Shown: positions 49,296-59,056 of the stretch, one piece after another | Numbering within the stretch: position 1 is the stretch's first letter | How the letters are laid out: the number at the start of each line of letters is the position of its first letter | Assembly: GCA_964561035.1 (NCBI GenBank) | Contig: CAZLNR010000001.1 | Coordinates: 40,577 to 104,576, forward strand | DNA: 64,000 nt | Origin: an uncultured Gammaproteobacteria bacterium | GTDB taxonomy: Bacteria > Patescibacteriota > Patescibacteriia > Magasanikbacterales > GWA2-37-8 | Reading direction: 5' to 3' | Program-made: the position numbers and the translations under genes | The notes under the pieces: model-generated | What the model was told of the DNA's origin: nothing | What the model saw: the letters and a program-made list of their open reading frames with translations, nothing else | Database searches by the model: none

Positions 49296-49994
49296 TTATG
49301 GTGTTTTGCCTGTTTCTGGTGTGGAGGTTACCGACACGGGTAAGTTGAGGGTAAGAACTGCATATTCGGCTCCTTGCCCTGGTTTTCCTTGCACATATAC
49401 GGAGCCGCTCGCGTCATTTTTGCGGAAAGAAAATTGCATTACATTTTCTCCTTCACTTTCTACTTCTATAGTGTAAGATTTTTTCTTAAGCTCTGTTTTG
49501 TAGTAGCCGATAATAAAATATGGTTCAGCATCAAGCTTGCTCCATTCAATTTGCACCGTATCGCGATGATCGCTGACAGGCGCGCTGATCATTTTCCATA
49601 AACTGGTAACTGAAGTTATTTTATCTGTAGAGTTATCAGCGGCCGTATCTTTGTTCATGCTCAGCAGCAGCGGTGATAAAATTATTTTTGGGAAAATAGC
49701 TGCAATTTCTATGCCTCTGTTTTTATATTTTCCGGAAATGAAAGTGATTTTTTCAATACTGTCGGGGTCGTATACGGGGATATCAGCAGGAAAATTATCT
49801 GGCACGTGAGAGAGGGTGGAAGGGCCGCTGCCCATGGCTATGCGGATAAAAATTATAATGCCGATAATAAGCAAAAACAAACAGCCGCACCCGGTGAGAC
49901 AGGCGCGTTTAATGGCGGAAAATGCCGAATATTTTCTGGTTAATTCGCCAATTGGCGGCTCTACTATTTCTACATTTTCTAAATCGCGTCGCAT
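49296..49994 (-). CDS. Hypothetical membrane-anchored protein
   Basis: 232 aa, one N-terminal TM helix, no recognisable domain. Confidence 0.45.
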   Translation of the reverse strand: MRRDLENVEIVEPPIGELTRKYSAFSAIKRACLTGCGCLFLLIIGIIIFIRIAMGSGPSTLSHVPDNFPADIPVYDPDSIEKITFISGKYKNRGIEIAAIFPKIILSPLLLSMNKDTAADNSTDKITSVTSLWKMISAPVSDHRDTVQIEWSKLDAEPYFIIGYYKTELKKKSYTIEVESEGENVMQFSFRKNDASGSVYVQGKPGQGAEYAVLTLNLPVSVTSTPETGKTP

Positions 49995-50107
49995 ACATTT
50001 TTAGTAAATGTATTGTATCAGAAAATTATTTTTTTGGGTAGAGCTTTATTTGTTTGCTTTGATTCTTTTTGTTATACTGTTTTTATGTTTTCTAACTGCA
50101 ATATCGT

Positions 50108-51457
50108 ATGAATATTTCTTTTTATGGGGGAGCGGGAGAAGTAACAGGGTCATGCACTATGTTTACAACGGCCGGGCGGCATTTTTTAGTTGATTGCGGC
50201 ATGTATCAGGGTGGTCGTGAGAAGGAATCAAAAAATAAAGAGCCTTTGAAGTTTAACCCGGCGCAATTGCAGGCAGTGCTTATCACACACGCTCACTTAG
50301 ATCATGTGGGCAGGTTGCCGGTTTTGGTAAAGCAAGGTTATCAAGGTAAATTTTTTGCCACAGCTCCAACCATTGAATTGCTGGAACTTATTTTAGAAGA
50401 CGCAGCGCAAATTATGGCTCATAACCACCGATATGAAGGTGCTGAGATTTTGTATGATTCAGCCGATATCGCAGCGGTTATGGAACGATGTGTAGCAGTG
50501 GAATATAACACCTCTGTAGAAATAGCCTCGGATGTTTCCGCGGTTTTTCATGACGCTGGCCATATTTTTGGTTCATCATTTATAGAAATTCGCGCCGAAG
50601 GAAAAAAAGTTGTATTTTCCGGAGATGTGGGAAATGTGCGCGTGCCAATTTTACAAGACACGGAAGCATTGCCCTCTGGTATTGATGTATTGGTATGCGA
50701 ATCAACATATGGCAATCGCATGCACGAAGAAATGAAGAACCGCGAAGAAACACTTACCGCTTTAATTTCCACGGCCATTTCTACCGGGGGCGTGCTCATG
50801 ATCCCGTCTTTTTCTTTGGAGCGAACCCAAGAGCTGATTTATGAACTAAACACAATCGTTGACCGCAAACATTTGTTGCCGCGTATACCGATTTTTATAG
50901 ATAGTCCGCTGGCCATCAGAGCCACTCGCGTTTATCTTAAATATACAAAGTATTATGATGCTGAGGCTGCCGGTTTTGTAAAAAATGGTGATGACCTGTT
51001 TGATTTTCCGGGGCTCGTTATGACCGAAACAAAAGAAGAGTCTAAAAAAATAAATAGTACGCCTGGACCAAAAATTATTATCGCTGGCGCGGGCATGATG
51101 ACTGGAGGAAGAATTTTGCATCATGCCATGCGATATTTATCCGATGAAAGAAATACGCTTTTAATTGTTGGATATCAATCCGAAGGAACATTAGGAAGAA
51201 AAATTTTAGAAGGACATTCGCCGGTGGAAATTATGGGAGAAAGAATTCCAGTGCGCTGCCATGTAAAAGCGATTGGCGCGTTGTCGGCTCATGCGGATCA
51301 GGAGAAATTGCTGGCATGGATTGGCGCAGGCAAACCGAAAAGAGTTATTTTAAATCATGGTGAAGAAAATGTAGCTGGTGTGTTTGCTGGTAAATTACAA
51401 AATGAATTAGGGTCTGAAGCAGTGGTTGCGGAAATGAGGAAAGAAATTGAGGTATAA
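50108..51457 (+). CDS. MBL-fold beta-CASP ribonuclease (RNase J/CPSF-like)
   Basis: HAHLDH metallo-beta-lactamase motif, followed by beta-CASP and an RNA-metabolising metallo-beta-lactamase C-terminal region. Confidence 0.8.
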   Translation: MNISFYGGAGEVTGSCTMFTTAGRHFLVDCGMYQGGREKESKNKEPLKFNPAQLQAVLITHAHLDHVGRLPVLVKQGYQGKFFATAPTIELLELILEDAAQIMAHNHRYEGAEILYDSADIAAVMERCVAVEYNTSVEIASDVSAVFHDAGHIFGSSFIEIRAEGKKVVFSGDVGNVRVPILQDTEALPSGIDVLVCESTYGNRMHEEMKNREETLTALISTAISTGGVLMIPSFSLERTQELIYELNTIVDRKHLLPRIPIFIDSPLAIRATRVYLKYTKYYDAEAAGFVKNGDDLFDFPGLVMTETKEESKKINSTPGPKIIIAGAGMMTGGRILHHAMRYLSDERNTLLIVGYQSEGTLGRKILEGHSPVEIMGERIPVRCHVKAIGALSAHADQEKLLAWIGAGKPKRVILNHGEENVAGVFAGKLQNELGSEAVVAEMRKEIEV

Positions 51458-51489
51458 TTGGAAGTTGTTAGTATTTTTGATTTTTAAAT

Positions 51490-51963
51490 ATGAGAATTAT
51501 ATATATATTAATTAGTTTAGCAATTTTCTTTTTAGAAATGGTTGTTTATGAATGGAGTTATCGACTAGGTGAATTTTGGCATGCGCACAAAGCAAGCTAT
51601 GGAAGCCGGGGAGATCTTTGCGAGAATGTAGATTCTATTGGTAATTGCCTTGATTTCCCTTGGCACGCGCTTGTTAGTGGAATAGGCCTATTTGCAGTAA
51701 AAATAATTGTGCTCATTATATTTTTAATGGTTCTTCTTAAAAAGAAAAAGATGAGTACGGCGCTGCTTATTGCTTTACCGTATATATTATTAATACTCAG
51801 TTTTCATTTTGATTTGCTTCCAATCAAAAGATTGGAGAATTTGTCCGACTGGCTAGAGATGGCAAATTTAGGTGGAATTTTGTCAGCGGGCATTTTATTG
51901 TTAATTATTTTATTCACTTCAGTCATTTACTTTTATGAGAATAATAATACTAATATAAGATAA
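51490..51963 (+). CDS. Hypothetical membrane protein
   Basis: 157 aa, about 4 TM helices. Confidence 0.45.
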   Translation: MRIIYILISLAIFFLEMVVYEWSYRLGEFWHAHKASYGSRGDLCENVDSIGNCLDFPWHALVSGIGLFAVKIIVLIIFLMVLLKKKKMSTALLIALPYILLILSFHFDLLPIKRLENLSDWLEMANLGGILSAGILLLIILFTSVIYFYENNNTNIR

Positions 51964-52100
51964 GCACCTAATTTTGCTGCGCATTACTAGTTATCAAAGT
52001 TTAGATAGCCGACGATCGTTGGCTATTTTTTTTGCTAACTTTAGATGTTAAATAGATGTAATTAATAGATTCTTCTGTGGATAAATATGGTATATAAGTG

Positions 52101-52153
52101 TTGACTACTGCAGATAAGTGGTATAAAATGGATTGTAGTGGAGTGAAGTGGGG
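52101..52153 (+). promoter_or_regulatory. Candidate dcw-cluster promoter (TTGACT-17-TATAAA) with three GTGG(N) direct repeats at 10/20-bp phasing (MraZ-box-like)
   Basis: ttgactactgcagataagtggtataaaatgg, then GTGG at 52118, 52138 and GTGGGG at 52148, immediately upstream of mraZ. Confidence 0.4.
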
Positions 52154-52198
52154 AAAATGCTTGTCTCTCTAATTTCACAAAACTATTTTCTATCTATG

Positions 52199-52627
52199 TT
52201 CATTGGCGAATATAGCCACAATTTAGACGATAAGGGCCGTATGGCTGTTCCGGCAAAATTTCGCCGTGATTTAAGCAAAGGGGCGGTTGTTACCCGAGGT
52301 TTGGATAATTGTTTGTTTTTATACACCAAAACCGAATGGGAAAAGCTTGCTGAGAAACTGGCAAACTTGCCAATCAGCCAATCCAACACCAGAGCGTTTT
52401 CACGCTTAATGTTGGCCGGAGCTATGGATGTGGAAATGGATAAGCAGGGTAGAGTAATCTTGCCTGAGTACTTACGCAGTTTTGCGGGTATTAAGAAAAA
52501 TTTGGTGATCGCAGGTTTGTATAATCGGTTAGAAATTTGGGATCAGGAATTGTGGAATACATATAAAAAACAAACTGAAGTTGAAAGTGGAGCAATAGCT
52601 GAGAAAATGGGGGAATTGGGAGTTTAA
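52199..52627 (+). CDS. mraZ: Transcriptional regulator MraZ
   Basis: MFIGEYSHNLDDKGRMAVPAKFR.. and a second DxxxR repeat (..QGRVILPEYLR..). The start at MFIGEY is preferred over the longer ORF. Confidence 0.85.
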   Translation, partial: FIGEYSHNLDDKGRMAVPAKFRRDLSKGAVVTRGLDNCLFLYTKTEWEKLAEKLANLPISQSNTRAFSRLMLAGAMDVEMDKQGRVILPEYLRSFAGIKKNLVIAGLYNRLEIWDQELWNTYKKQTEVESGAIAEKMGELGV

Positions 52628-52642
52628 TTATAGATTTACACT

Positions 52643-53545
52643 ATGAAACACGTACCGGTTTTATTAGATGAAACGATCAGTTCTTTACAATTAGCGCCAG
52701 GAATGCGAGTTATTGATTGTACTCTCGGAGATGCGGGGCATAGCGAGGCTATGCTGGAAAAAATTTCTCCAAACGGCATGTTGCTTGGCATTGATGCAGA
52801 CCCGGAAGCGGTTTTGCGCGCCAAACGATTTTTATATCGCTTTGAAGATCGGGCTGTGCTGGTTCGAGAAAATTTTGCGCATATTGCTTCGATTGCTGCT
52901 GCGCATAATTTTACAGAAGTGCAGGGCGTACTTATGGATTTTGGCTGGTCCACGCCGCAGTTTGAAGAACGGGGAAGAGGGTTTAGTTTTCTAACCAATG
53001 AGCCGCTTGATATGCGTTATAGTGCTGGTGAAGGCCAAACCGCTGCGGAGATAGTCAACACTTACTCAGAACATGATCTGTATTTGATTTTTAAAATGTT
53101 GGGAGAAGAGCAGTTAAGCGCGGAAATTGCCGCCGCCATAGTGTTTTATAGAAAAAATAAACAAATTGAAACAACGGGCGAATTAACCGAGATCATTTTA
53201 TCCCAATATAGAAAGAAATTAAAAACAGATAAAGAAGTGCCATGGGTGGGCGGTATTCATCCAGCCACGAAAGTATTCCAAGCGCTGCGCATAGAGGCCA
53301 ATCAAGAATTGGAAAGCATTAAAAAAGTTTTGCCCGAAGCGCTGGAGCTATTGGCGCCGCATGGAAGATTGGCTGTTATCACATTTCATTCTTTGGAAGA
53401 CAGGATTGTAAAACAATATTTTAAATCACAAGAAAACAAAAAAATACGATTGGTAAATAAAAAACCGATTGTGGCCGGCGAAGAGGAGTTAAAAAATAAT
53501 CCTCGCGCCCGCAGTGCCAAATTACGAGTTGTAGAAAAAATATAA
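52643..53545 (+). CDS. rsmH: 16S rRNA (cytosine1402-N4)-methyltransferase
   Basis: HVPVLLDE, DCTLGDAGHS, FHSLEDRIVK. Confidence 0.9.
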   Translation: MKHVPVLLDETISSLQLAPGMRVIDCTLGDAGHSEAMLEKISPNGMLLGIDADPEAVLRAKRFLYRFEDRAVLVRENFAHIASIAAAHNFTEVQGVLMDFGWSTPQFEERGRGFSFLTNEPLDMRYSAGEGQTAAEIVNTYSEHDLYLIFKMLGEEQLSAEIAAAIVFYRKNKQIETTGELTEIILSQYRKKLKTDKEVPWVGGIHPATKVFQALRIEANQELESIKKVLPEALELLAPHGRLAVITFHSLEDRIVKQYFKSQENKKIRLVNKKPIVAGEEELKNNPRARSAKLRVVEKI

Positions 53546-53554
53546 TTTATACAT

Positions 53555-53914
53555 ATGTCTATCAAACGCCAGATTTCACACAAATTACGAACCGTTGCTG
53601 TAGCATTTCAGTCTGATTTGCTGCCCGCTTGGATATTTTCGCCAGTGATGCGCCTGGGCTTATGTGCCATTATAGTATCTTTCGGTGCTGCCTATGTGGT
53701 AAATATCACCGCTTCAGCTACAAGCGGATATCAAATGCGTTTGTTGGAAAAACAAGCCAGCGCTTTGGAGTTGGATGTGCGCAAGCTGGAGGTTGAAATT
53801 GCGGACAATACCTCAATGTCCAGTATTGCTTCGCGCGTGCAAAAAACTCAAATGACTGAAGTTGCTGATGTTAAATTTTTGGCAGGCACAAACGGCACGG
53901 TGGCAAAAAAATAA
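53555..53914 (+). CDS. FtsL-like cell-division protein (single TM plus coiled coil)
   Basis: Position directly after rsmH; TM helix followed by a heptad-repeat segment (..LLEKQASALELDVRKLEVEIAD..). Confidence 0.5.
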   Translation: MSIKRQISHKLRTVAVAFQSDLLPAWIFSPVMRLGLCAIIVSFGAAYVVNITASATSGYQMRLLEKQASALELDVRKLEVEIADNTSMSSIASRVQKTQMTEVADVKFLAGTNGTVAKK

Positions 53915-53934
53915 TTTTCCATATTATCTTACTT

Positions 53935-53961
53935 AAAAAATCCTCAATATGAGGATTTTTT
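53935..53961 (+). terminator. Terminator-like hairpin
   Basis: aaaaaatcctcaatatgaggatttttt. Confidence 0.65.
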
Positions 53962-54349
53962 GTTGCGCGCTTATATGGTATACTATATATATCGTTATAT
54001 GATGATTCTTATTTTAGAAAAATTATTTTTGGAAGCAATACTTGATGTTTTTTATTTTCCGATTTGGTGGTATACCGCCGGTGCGGTTCGTGCCGGCAAA
54101 CGATGCTTGTTGTGGTTGGCGCGCGGCAACGAAACTTTGGCTCCAGGCATATGGTTGACGCATATTTTTGTGCCAATGTTTGGGCAATATGATTGGCAGG
54201 GCAGAATCGTTAGTTTTTTTATGCGCTTGGTTCAGATTATTTTTCGCACTGCCGCTTTAGCAGTTTGGCTGGCTTGCTGTTTTTTATTTTTTATGTTGTG
54301 GCTGGCACTGCCTTTGTTAGTATTTTACGGAATTTTATATGGAGTTTAA
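53960..54349 (+). CDS. Hypothetical small membrane protein, translationally coupled to the Clp-like gene
   Basis: 129 aa (start may be internal), 3 to 4 TM helices; its end overlaps the next ORF start by 11 nt. Confidence 0.4.
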   Translation: MLRAYMVYYIYRYMMILILEKLFLEAILDVFYFPIWWYTAGAVRAGKRCLLWLARGNETLAPGIWLTHIFVPMFGQYDWQGRIVSFFMRLVQIIFRTAALAVWLACCFLFFMLWLALPLLVFYGILYGV

Positions 54350-57104
54350 GAAAAATCAACCTTTACCGCTTCTTGTTTGCGACGTTTGCAGCGGCGTGGG
54401 CAGGCGTGGTTTTAAAAAATGCGCGCAGTGCCATGGTATGGCTGCAGGGTTAAGTTTGCGAGGCAGCTGGCTATATTGGGGTTTTCCGCTTGATACGTAT
54501 AATCTCAGGCTGCAGGCAGGAAGGCGAGCACTCAATATAATTAGGTTTATTACCGTGCTGGTGCTGTGGCTCAATGCCTGGATATGGACGGCGCTGTTTG
54601 TATACAAACAAGGCGTGTTTGCAGTATTAAGACATCCAAAACAATGGACGGCATTTGTTGCTTCATTGGATAAATGGTCTGTTTTCTTATTTTGGTTTGG
54701 AGTAGTAGCGATGCTGTATTTGTGGTATCGCATATTGCGCCAGAAAGAACCTTTTGATAAAACGGTTGGATTATTTACTTTTTACAATAATCCATCAAAA
54801 GAACAAGATCTCACAATTGGTTCCTGGTCCGAAGCTGCACGCGTCTCAAGAAAAAAGAAAAAAAATATCGCGATTGGATTTACTCCCGAAGCTCTGGCTT
54901 CGCTCGGAAAAGCATATCTATATGCCAATAAAATGCGTTCACCGGCCATGGAGTCTGCTCATATATTTTATGCGCTGCTTTCTTGCAATCGTATTAGTAA
55001 TATTTTTATCAGACTCGGCATACCGTCAAGTGTTCTCTTAAAAGAAGCCGAAGCCTTATGTGTAAATAATACGCCAACTCATGCTGGAGTGTCGCCGCGA
55101 CTTTCCGATGATGTTCTGCAAATCATTTTTCAATCATATGAAAATGCGTTTGCGGCCAAGCAGCCATACGTTAGTGTAACCGAATTGCTGATGTTCGCAA
55201 TCGCAGCCAACCCGGCAATTCAAAATATTTTATTTAATTATGATATTTCCGAAAGACAGTTAGCCAATGTGGTTGCATGGGCGCGTATGAAAGAAAAAAT
55301 GCATCGGGATTACCTTGTTTTTAAAAAAGCCGTAAAACATCATTCAAAGTATGGTATGGATAGAGCTATGACTGCTTTGGCTACGCCATATTTAAATAGT
55401 TTTAGCACTGATGTGACCGCGTTGGCGCATTATGGTCAGTTAGAGTCATGTGTGGCGCGTGGTAATGAGTTAGATGAAATATTTCAAATGGTTGAAGCTG
55501 GAGAAAAAGGCATATTGATGGTTGGAGAAACTGGTGTGGGAAAAAATACCATCGTTGAAGGCATAGCTCAGCGTATGGTTGCAGGAGAGGTGCCCGAGCT
55601 GTTAAAAGATAAGCGTTTAGTGCGTTTGAGTATTTCAGCGCTCTTGGCAGGTGCAAGTCCTGAAGGGGTAGCCGAGCGAGTGCAGCGTATTATGGAAGAA
55701 ACCGCGCGAGCGCGAAATGTTATTTTGTATATTAGCGGTATTGACGAGTTGATAGGTATAACGGTGGGTCAAGAGGGCGGCTTGGATATGGCAGATACAT
55801 TGCGTGAATTTTTAGGCGATAAAAATATAATCGTATTTGCCACCACAACCCGAGAACGATATGCGCAGCATGTGCTTGGTTCTTCGCTGAAAAGTATATT
55901 TACTATGGTTGAAATAGGCGAGATGAACGAAGATCAGGCTATACAGGTTTTAGAATCTCGGGCTGGATTTTTGGAGTATAAACATTCGGTATTTTTTTCA
56001 TATGCCGCTATAGAGACATGCGTAGAGTTTGCCAAAAAGTTTTTCCACGATGCTCCTTTGCCGGTTAGCGCGCTTGAACTTTTGACAGAATCAGCCAGCT
56101 ACACTAAAAATAAAAAAGGTTCTCATGCAATTATTACCAAGGAAGAGGTTGCTTTGGTGGTTACCGCAAAAACTAAAATTCCGGTGGCTGCAATTTCTGG
56201 CAATGAATCTGAAAAGCTGATGCGTTTAGAAGAAGAAATGCGCAAGCGAGTGGTGGGGCAAGAAGAAGCGGTGCAGGCGGTGGCCGGAGCTTTGCGCCGA
56301 GCGCGCGCTGATTTGCATGCGCGCAAGCGACCGATGGCAAGCTTTTTATTTTTAGGTCCAACCGGTGTCGGTAAAACCGAGCTTGCTAAAACCATCGCCG
56401 ATATTTATTTTGGCGGAGAAAATCGCATGATTCGGCTGGATATGAGTGAGTATCAGGATAAAACCAGTCTTTATCGCCTTATTGGCATGCCGGGCTCTCA
56501 AGGCACGGGTATCTTAACCGAAGCTGTACATAAAGCGCCGTTTTCTTTGGTGTTGCTTGATGAAATTGAAAAAGCAGATCCGGATATTTTAAATTTATTT
56601 TTACAGGTAATGGATGATGGCAGGCTCACGGATAGCGCTGGTCGCGTTTTTGATTTCACTAATGTTATTATCATTGCAACCTCAAATGCCGGCACATTGT
56701 TTGTCCGCGAGCAGGCGCGAGCGGGCATGTCGCATGACGAGTTGTTAAATCAGTTGCTACATGAAGAATTGCATCATTATTTCCGCCCAGAGTTTTTAAA
56801 TCGGTTTGATGGTATTGTACTGTTCAATTCTCTTGAACGAGATGCGATTAAGCAGGTGGCGCGGCTTATGTTTGACAGTATTGCCAAAGATATGGAAAAT
56901 AAAGGGGTTCATATTTCGGCCACAGAGGAGGCGCTTGATTTTTTGGCCGATGCCGGATTTGATCCTGAGTTTGGCGCTCGTCCGATGCGTCGCGCTTTGC
57001 AGGAAAAAGTTGAAAATAAAATGGCAGAACTATTTTTGCAAGGCAAATTAAAACGAGGCAGCAGCGTTACAATTGGCGCGCAAGGAGCTTTGTTTATTGA
57101 TTAG
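54339..57104 (+). CDS. Membrane-anchored Clp/Hsp100-family AAA+ ATPase with N-terminal CxxC..CxxC zinc ribbon and two TM helices
   Basis: Zinc ribbon CDVC..CAQC (aa 14-31). TM helices IIRFITVLVLWLNAWIWTALFVY and VFLFWFGVVAMLYLWYRIL. Two Clp_N-like repeats. NBD1 has an atypical Walker A, GETGVGKNT. NBD2 is canonical (GPTGVGKTE, LLDEIEKA, sensor-2 GARPMRRAL). No M-domain and no IGF/LGF ClpP loop were seen. Confidence 0.8.
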   Translation: MEFKKNQPLPLLVCDVCSGVGRRGFKKCAQCHGMAAGLSLRGSWLYWGFPLDTYNLRLQAGRRALNIIRFITVLVLWLNAWIWTALFVYKQGVFAVLRHPKQWTAFVASLDKWSVFLFWFGVVAMLYLWYRILRQKEPFDKTVGLFTFYNNPSKEQDLTIGSWSEAARVSRKKKKNIAIGFTPEALASLGKAYLYANKMRSPAMESAHIFYALLSCNRISNIFIRLGIPSSVLLKEAEALCVNNTPTHAGVSPRLSDDVLQIIFQSYENAFAAKQPYVSVTELLMFAIAANPAIQNILFNYDISERQLANVVAWARMKEKMHRDYLVFKKAVKHHSKYGMDRAMTALATPYLNSFSTDVTALAHYGQLESCVARGNELDEIFQMVEAGEKGILMVGETGVGKNTIVEGIAQRMVAGEVPELLKDKRLVRLSISALLAGASPEGVAERVQRIMEETARARNVILYISGIDELIGITVGQEGGLDMADTLREFLGDKNIIVFATTTRERYAQHVLGSSLKSIFTMVEIGEMNEDQAIQVLESRAGFLEYKHSVFFSYAAIETCVEFAKKFFHDAPLPVSALELLTESASYTKNKKGSHAIITKEEVALVVTAKTKIPVAAISGNESEKLMRLEEEMRKRVVGQEEAVQAVAGALRRARADLHARKRPMASFLFLGPTGVGKTELAKTIADIYFGGENRMIRLDMSEYQDKTSLYRLIGMPGSQGTGILTEAVHKAPFSLVLLDEIEKADPDILNLFLQVMDDGRLTDSAGRVFDFTNVIIIATSNAGTLFVREQARAGMSHDELLNQLLHEELHHYFRPEFLNRFDGIVLFNSLERDAIKQVARLMFDSIAKDMENKGVHISATEEALDFLADAGFDPEFGARPMRRALQEKVENKMAELFLQGKLKRGSSVTIGAQGALFID

Positions 57105-57110
57105 AGTAGT

Positions 57111-58130
57111 ATGATGTTGTATTTTTTTATATCTTTTGTTATTTCGGTTTTTTTAACCTTTTTAATAAAAAAATTTGCGTATGGCGCTGGGGTAGTGGAT
57201 ACGCCAGATGCCAGCCGCCATTTGCATGCCAAGCCAACTCCGTTGTTGGGTGGGTTGGCAATTTTTTTGTCTTTTTGGGTTACAGTCTGCACTGTAATGG
57301 TATATTTTCCGGTATATGGCATAGAGAAAATCATAGACCCCCTTATGGTTGCTCTGGTCGGATCTCTCATTATTATGCTTGTAGGTATTGCAGATGACCT
57401 TCATCCATTTTCAGCTACAATACGTTTGCCTCTGGTGATGGTGGCAATACTCATTGTAACATTGTTTTTTCCTTGGCTAACAAAGATTACTAATCCGTTG
57501 GGTGGGTATCTTTTTTTAGCAAATGCTGCCGGCAGTGTGTTGGTATTTTGCTGGTTTTTGGGCATGACATATACCACAAAAATTTTAGATGGTTTAGATG
57601 GTTTGGCAACGGGGGTTGTTTCCATAGGCGCGTTTATTATTGTTTTGCTAACCGCCGTTACAAAGTTTTACCAGCCTAATGTTAGCTTGGTAGCTCTTAT
57701 ATTTCTTGGGTCTTGTCTCGGTTTTTTGTTGTTTAATTTTCATCCTGCTCAAATATTTTTAGGGGAAAGCGGCAGCATGTTTGTCGGGTTTATGCTGGCA
57801 GTTTTAGCAGTAATCGGCGGAGGTAAGCTGGCCACTGCGTTGTTGGTTATGGCTATACCGGTCTTGGATGTTTTGCGGGTTATGTATATCAGAATACGCA
57901 AAAAACAAAGCATTTTTTCCGGAGATAGAGAGCATTTGCATTTTAGAATGGTAGATGCAGGGTTTACCCAAAAACAATCTGTATTATTTTTATACGCAAT
58001 TTCTTTTTTCTTTGGCATAGCTACGCTGTTTTTGCAGAGTTTGCAAAAAGTATATGCGCTGGCAGTGTTAATTATTATTATGGTTGTGTTAAGCCATGTT
58101 GTTGGCAAAAATAAAAAAACATATGTCTGA
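57111..58130 (+). CDS. Polyprenyl-phosphate N-acetylhexosamine-1-phosphate transferase (MraY/WecA family GT4; MraY favoured by context)
   Basis: KPTPLLGGLAIF, GIADDL, LDGLDGLATG, FLGESGSMFVGF motifs; about 10 TM helices. Confidence 0.75.
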   Translation: MMLYFFISFVISVFLTFLIKKFAYGAGVVDTPDASRHLHAKPTPLLGGLAIFLSFWVTVCTVMVYFPVYGIEKIIDPLMVALVGSLIIMLVGIADDLHPFSATIRLPLVMVAILIVTLFFPWLTKITNPLGGYLFLANAAGSVLVFCWFLGMTYTTKILDGLDGLATGVVSIGAFIIVLLTAVTKFYQPNVSLVALIFLGSCLGFLLFNFHPAQIFLGESGSMFVGFMLAVLAVIGGGKLATALLVMAIPVLDVLRVMYIRIRKKQSIFSGDREHLHFRMVDAGFTQKQSVLFLYAISFFFGIATLFLQSLQKVYALAVLIIIMVVLSHVVGKNKKTYV

Positions 58131-58599
58131 TCAGGTAAAAACATTTAAAAAATGGCATCTGGCAGCTTTTGCGATTATTATAATTTTGGCGTTGGGTAAT
58201 AAAATATATGGATATATATGGCCTAAAACCAATATTTATATTAGCCAGGAAAAAATACGCGTTCTGGTGGCGGATACGGCTGCGCACAGGTTTAAGGGGT
58301 GGAGCGGTCGTGCCGATATGGGGAAGTATGGCGGAATGCTGTTTGTTTTCCCGCAACCCGATCGGCATGCCATGGTAATGCGAGATATGTATTTTGCTCT
58401 TGATATAATTTGGCTAAATCAAGGTAAAATAATAGATATTGCGCCATCTCTGGCTCCACAGGCAGGTGTGGCAGAAGATCAATTGACCGTGTATCGTCCT
58501 CGTGGTGTTGCGGACATGGTTTTAGAAGTTCCGGCCGGTTTTGCGGAGCGGGCGGGTTTAAAAATAGGGGATACGGTTGAAATTGTTGACAAAATTTAG
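58123..58599 (+). CDS. DUF192 domain protein
   Basis: N-terminal TM helix then a DUF192-like core (..VLVADTAAHRFKGWSGRADMGKYGGMLFVFPQ..). The start at MSDQ is preferred; it overlaps the previous gene. Confidence 0.55.
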   Translation: MSDQVKTFKKWHLAAFAIIIILALGNKIYGYIWPKTNIYISQEKIRVLVADTAAHRFKGWSGRADMGKYGGMLFVFPQPDRHAMVMRDMYFALDIIWLNQGKIIDIAPSLAPQAGVAEDQLTVYRPRGVADMVLEVPAGFAERAGLKIGDTVEIVDKI

Positions 58600-58655
58600 T
58601 TTTTATCGTATACTAATAGCGTTATTATTCTAACTCAATTATTCTGACTTATTTT

Positions 58656-58961
58656 ATGTACGCAGTTATTGCTACTGGTGGTAAACAATATTTGGTAAAA
58701 AATGGCGACGTGTTGAAAGTTGAAAAGCTCAAAGCTGAAGAAGGATCAACTGTTGTATTTGATAAAGTATTGTTGACTGCCGATGAAGATGGAAAAAATG
58801 TTAAAATCGGACAGCCGTATTTGGATGGTGTAACTGTTACTGCCACACTTGAAAAACAAGGCAAAGAACGCACCTTGCGCGTAGAAAAATTTAAACGCAA
58901 AGTTCGCTACCACAAAGTACACGGACAAAGACAGAGATTCAGCTTGGTAAAAATCGCTTAA
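58656..58961 (+). CDS. rplU: 50S ribosomal protein L21
   Basis: MYAVIATGGKQYLVKNGDVLKVEKL.. matches L21 throughout. Confidence 0.9.
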   Translation: MYAVIATGGKQYLVKNGDVLKVEKLKAEEGSTVVFDKVLLTADEDGKNVKIGQPYLDGVTVTATLEKQGKERTLRVEKFKRKVRYHKVHGQRQRFSLVKIA

Positions 58962-58973
58962 TACAATTAAATT

Positions 58974-59001
58974 TAAAAACCACCCTATAAAGGTGGTTTT
59001 T
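58974..59001 (+). terminator. Rho-independent terminator after rplU
   Basis: aaaaaccacc-ctataa-aggtggttttt. Confidence 0.8.
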
Positions 59002-59056
59002 AAATTACTCACAGCCAGTCCTTGACAGATATGTTGCAATATGGTAAGGTCTTTTT

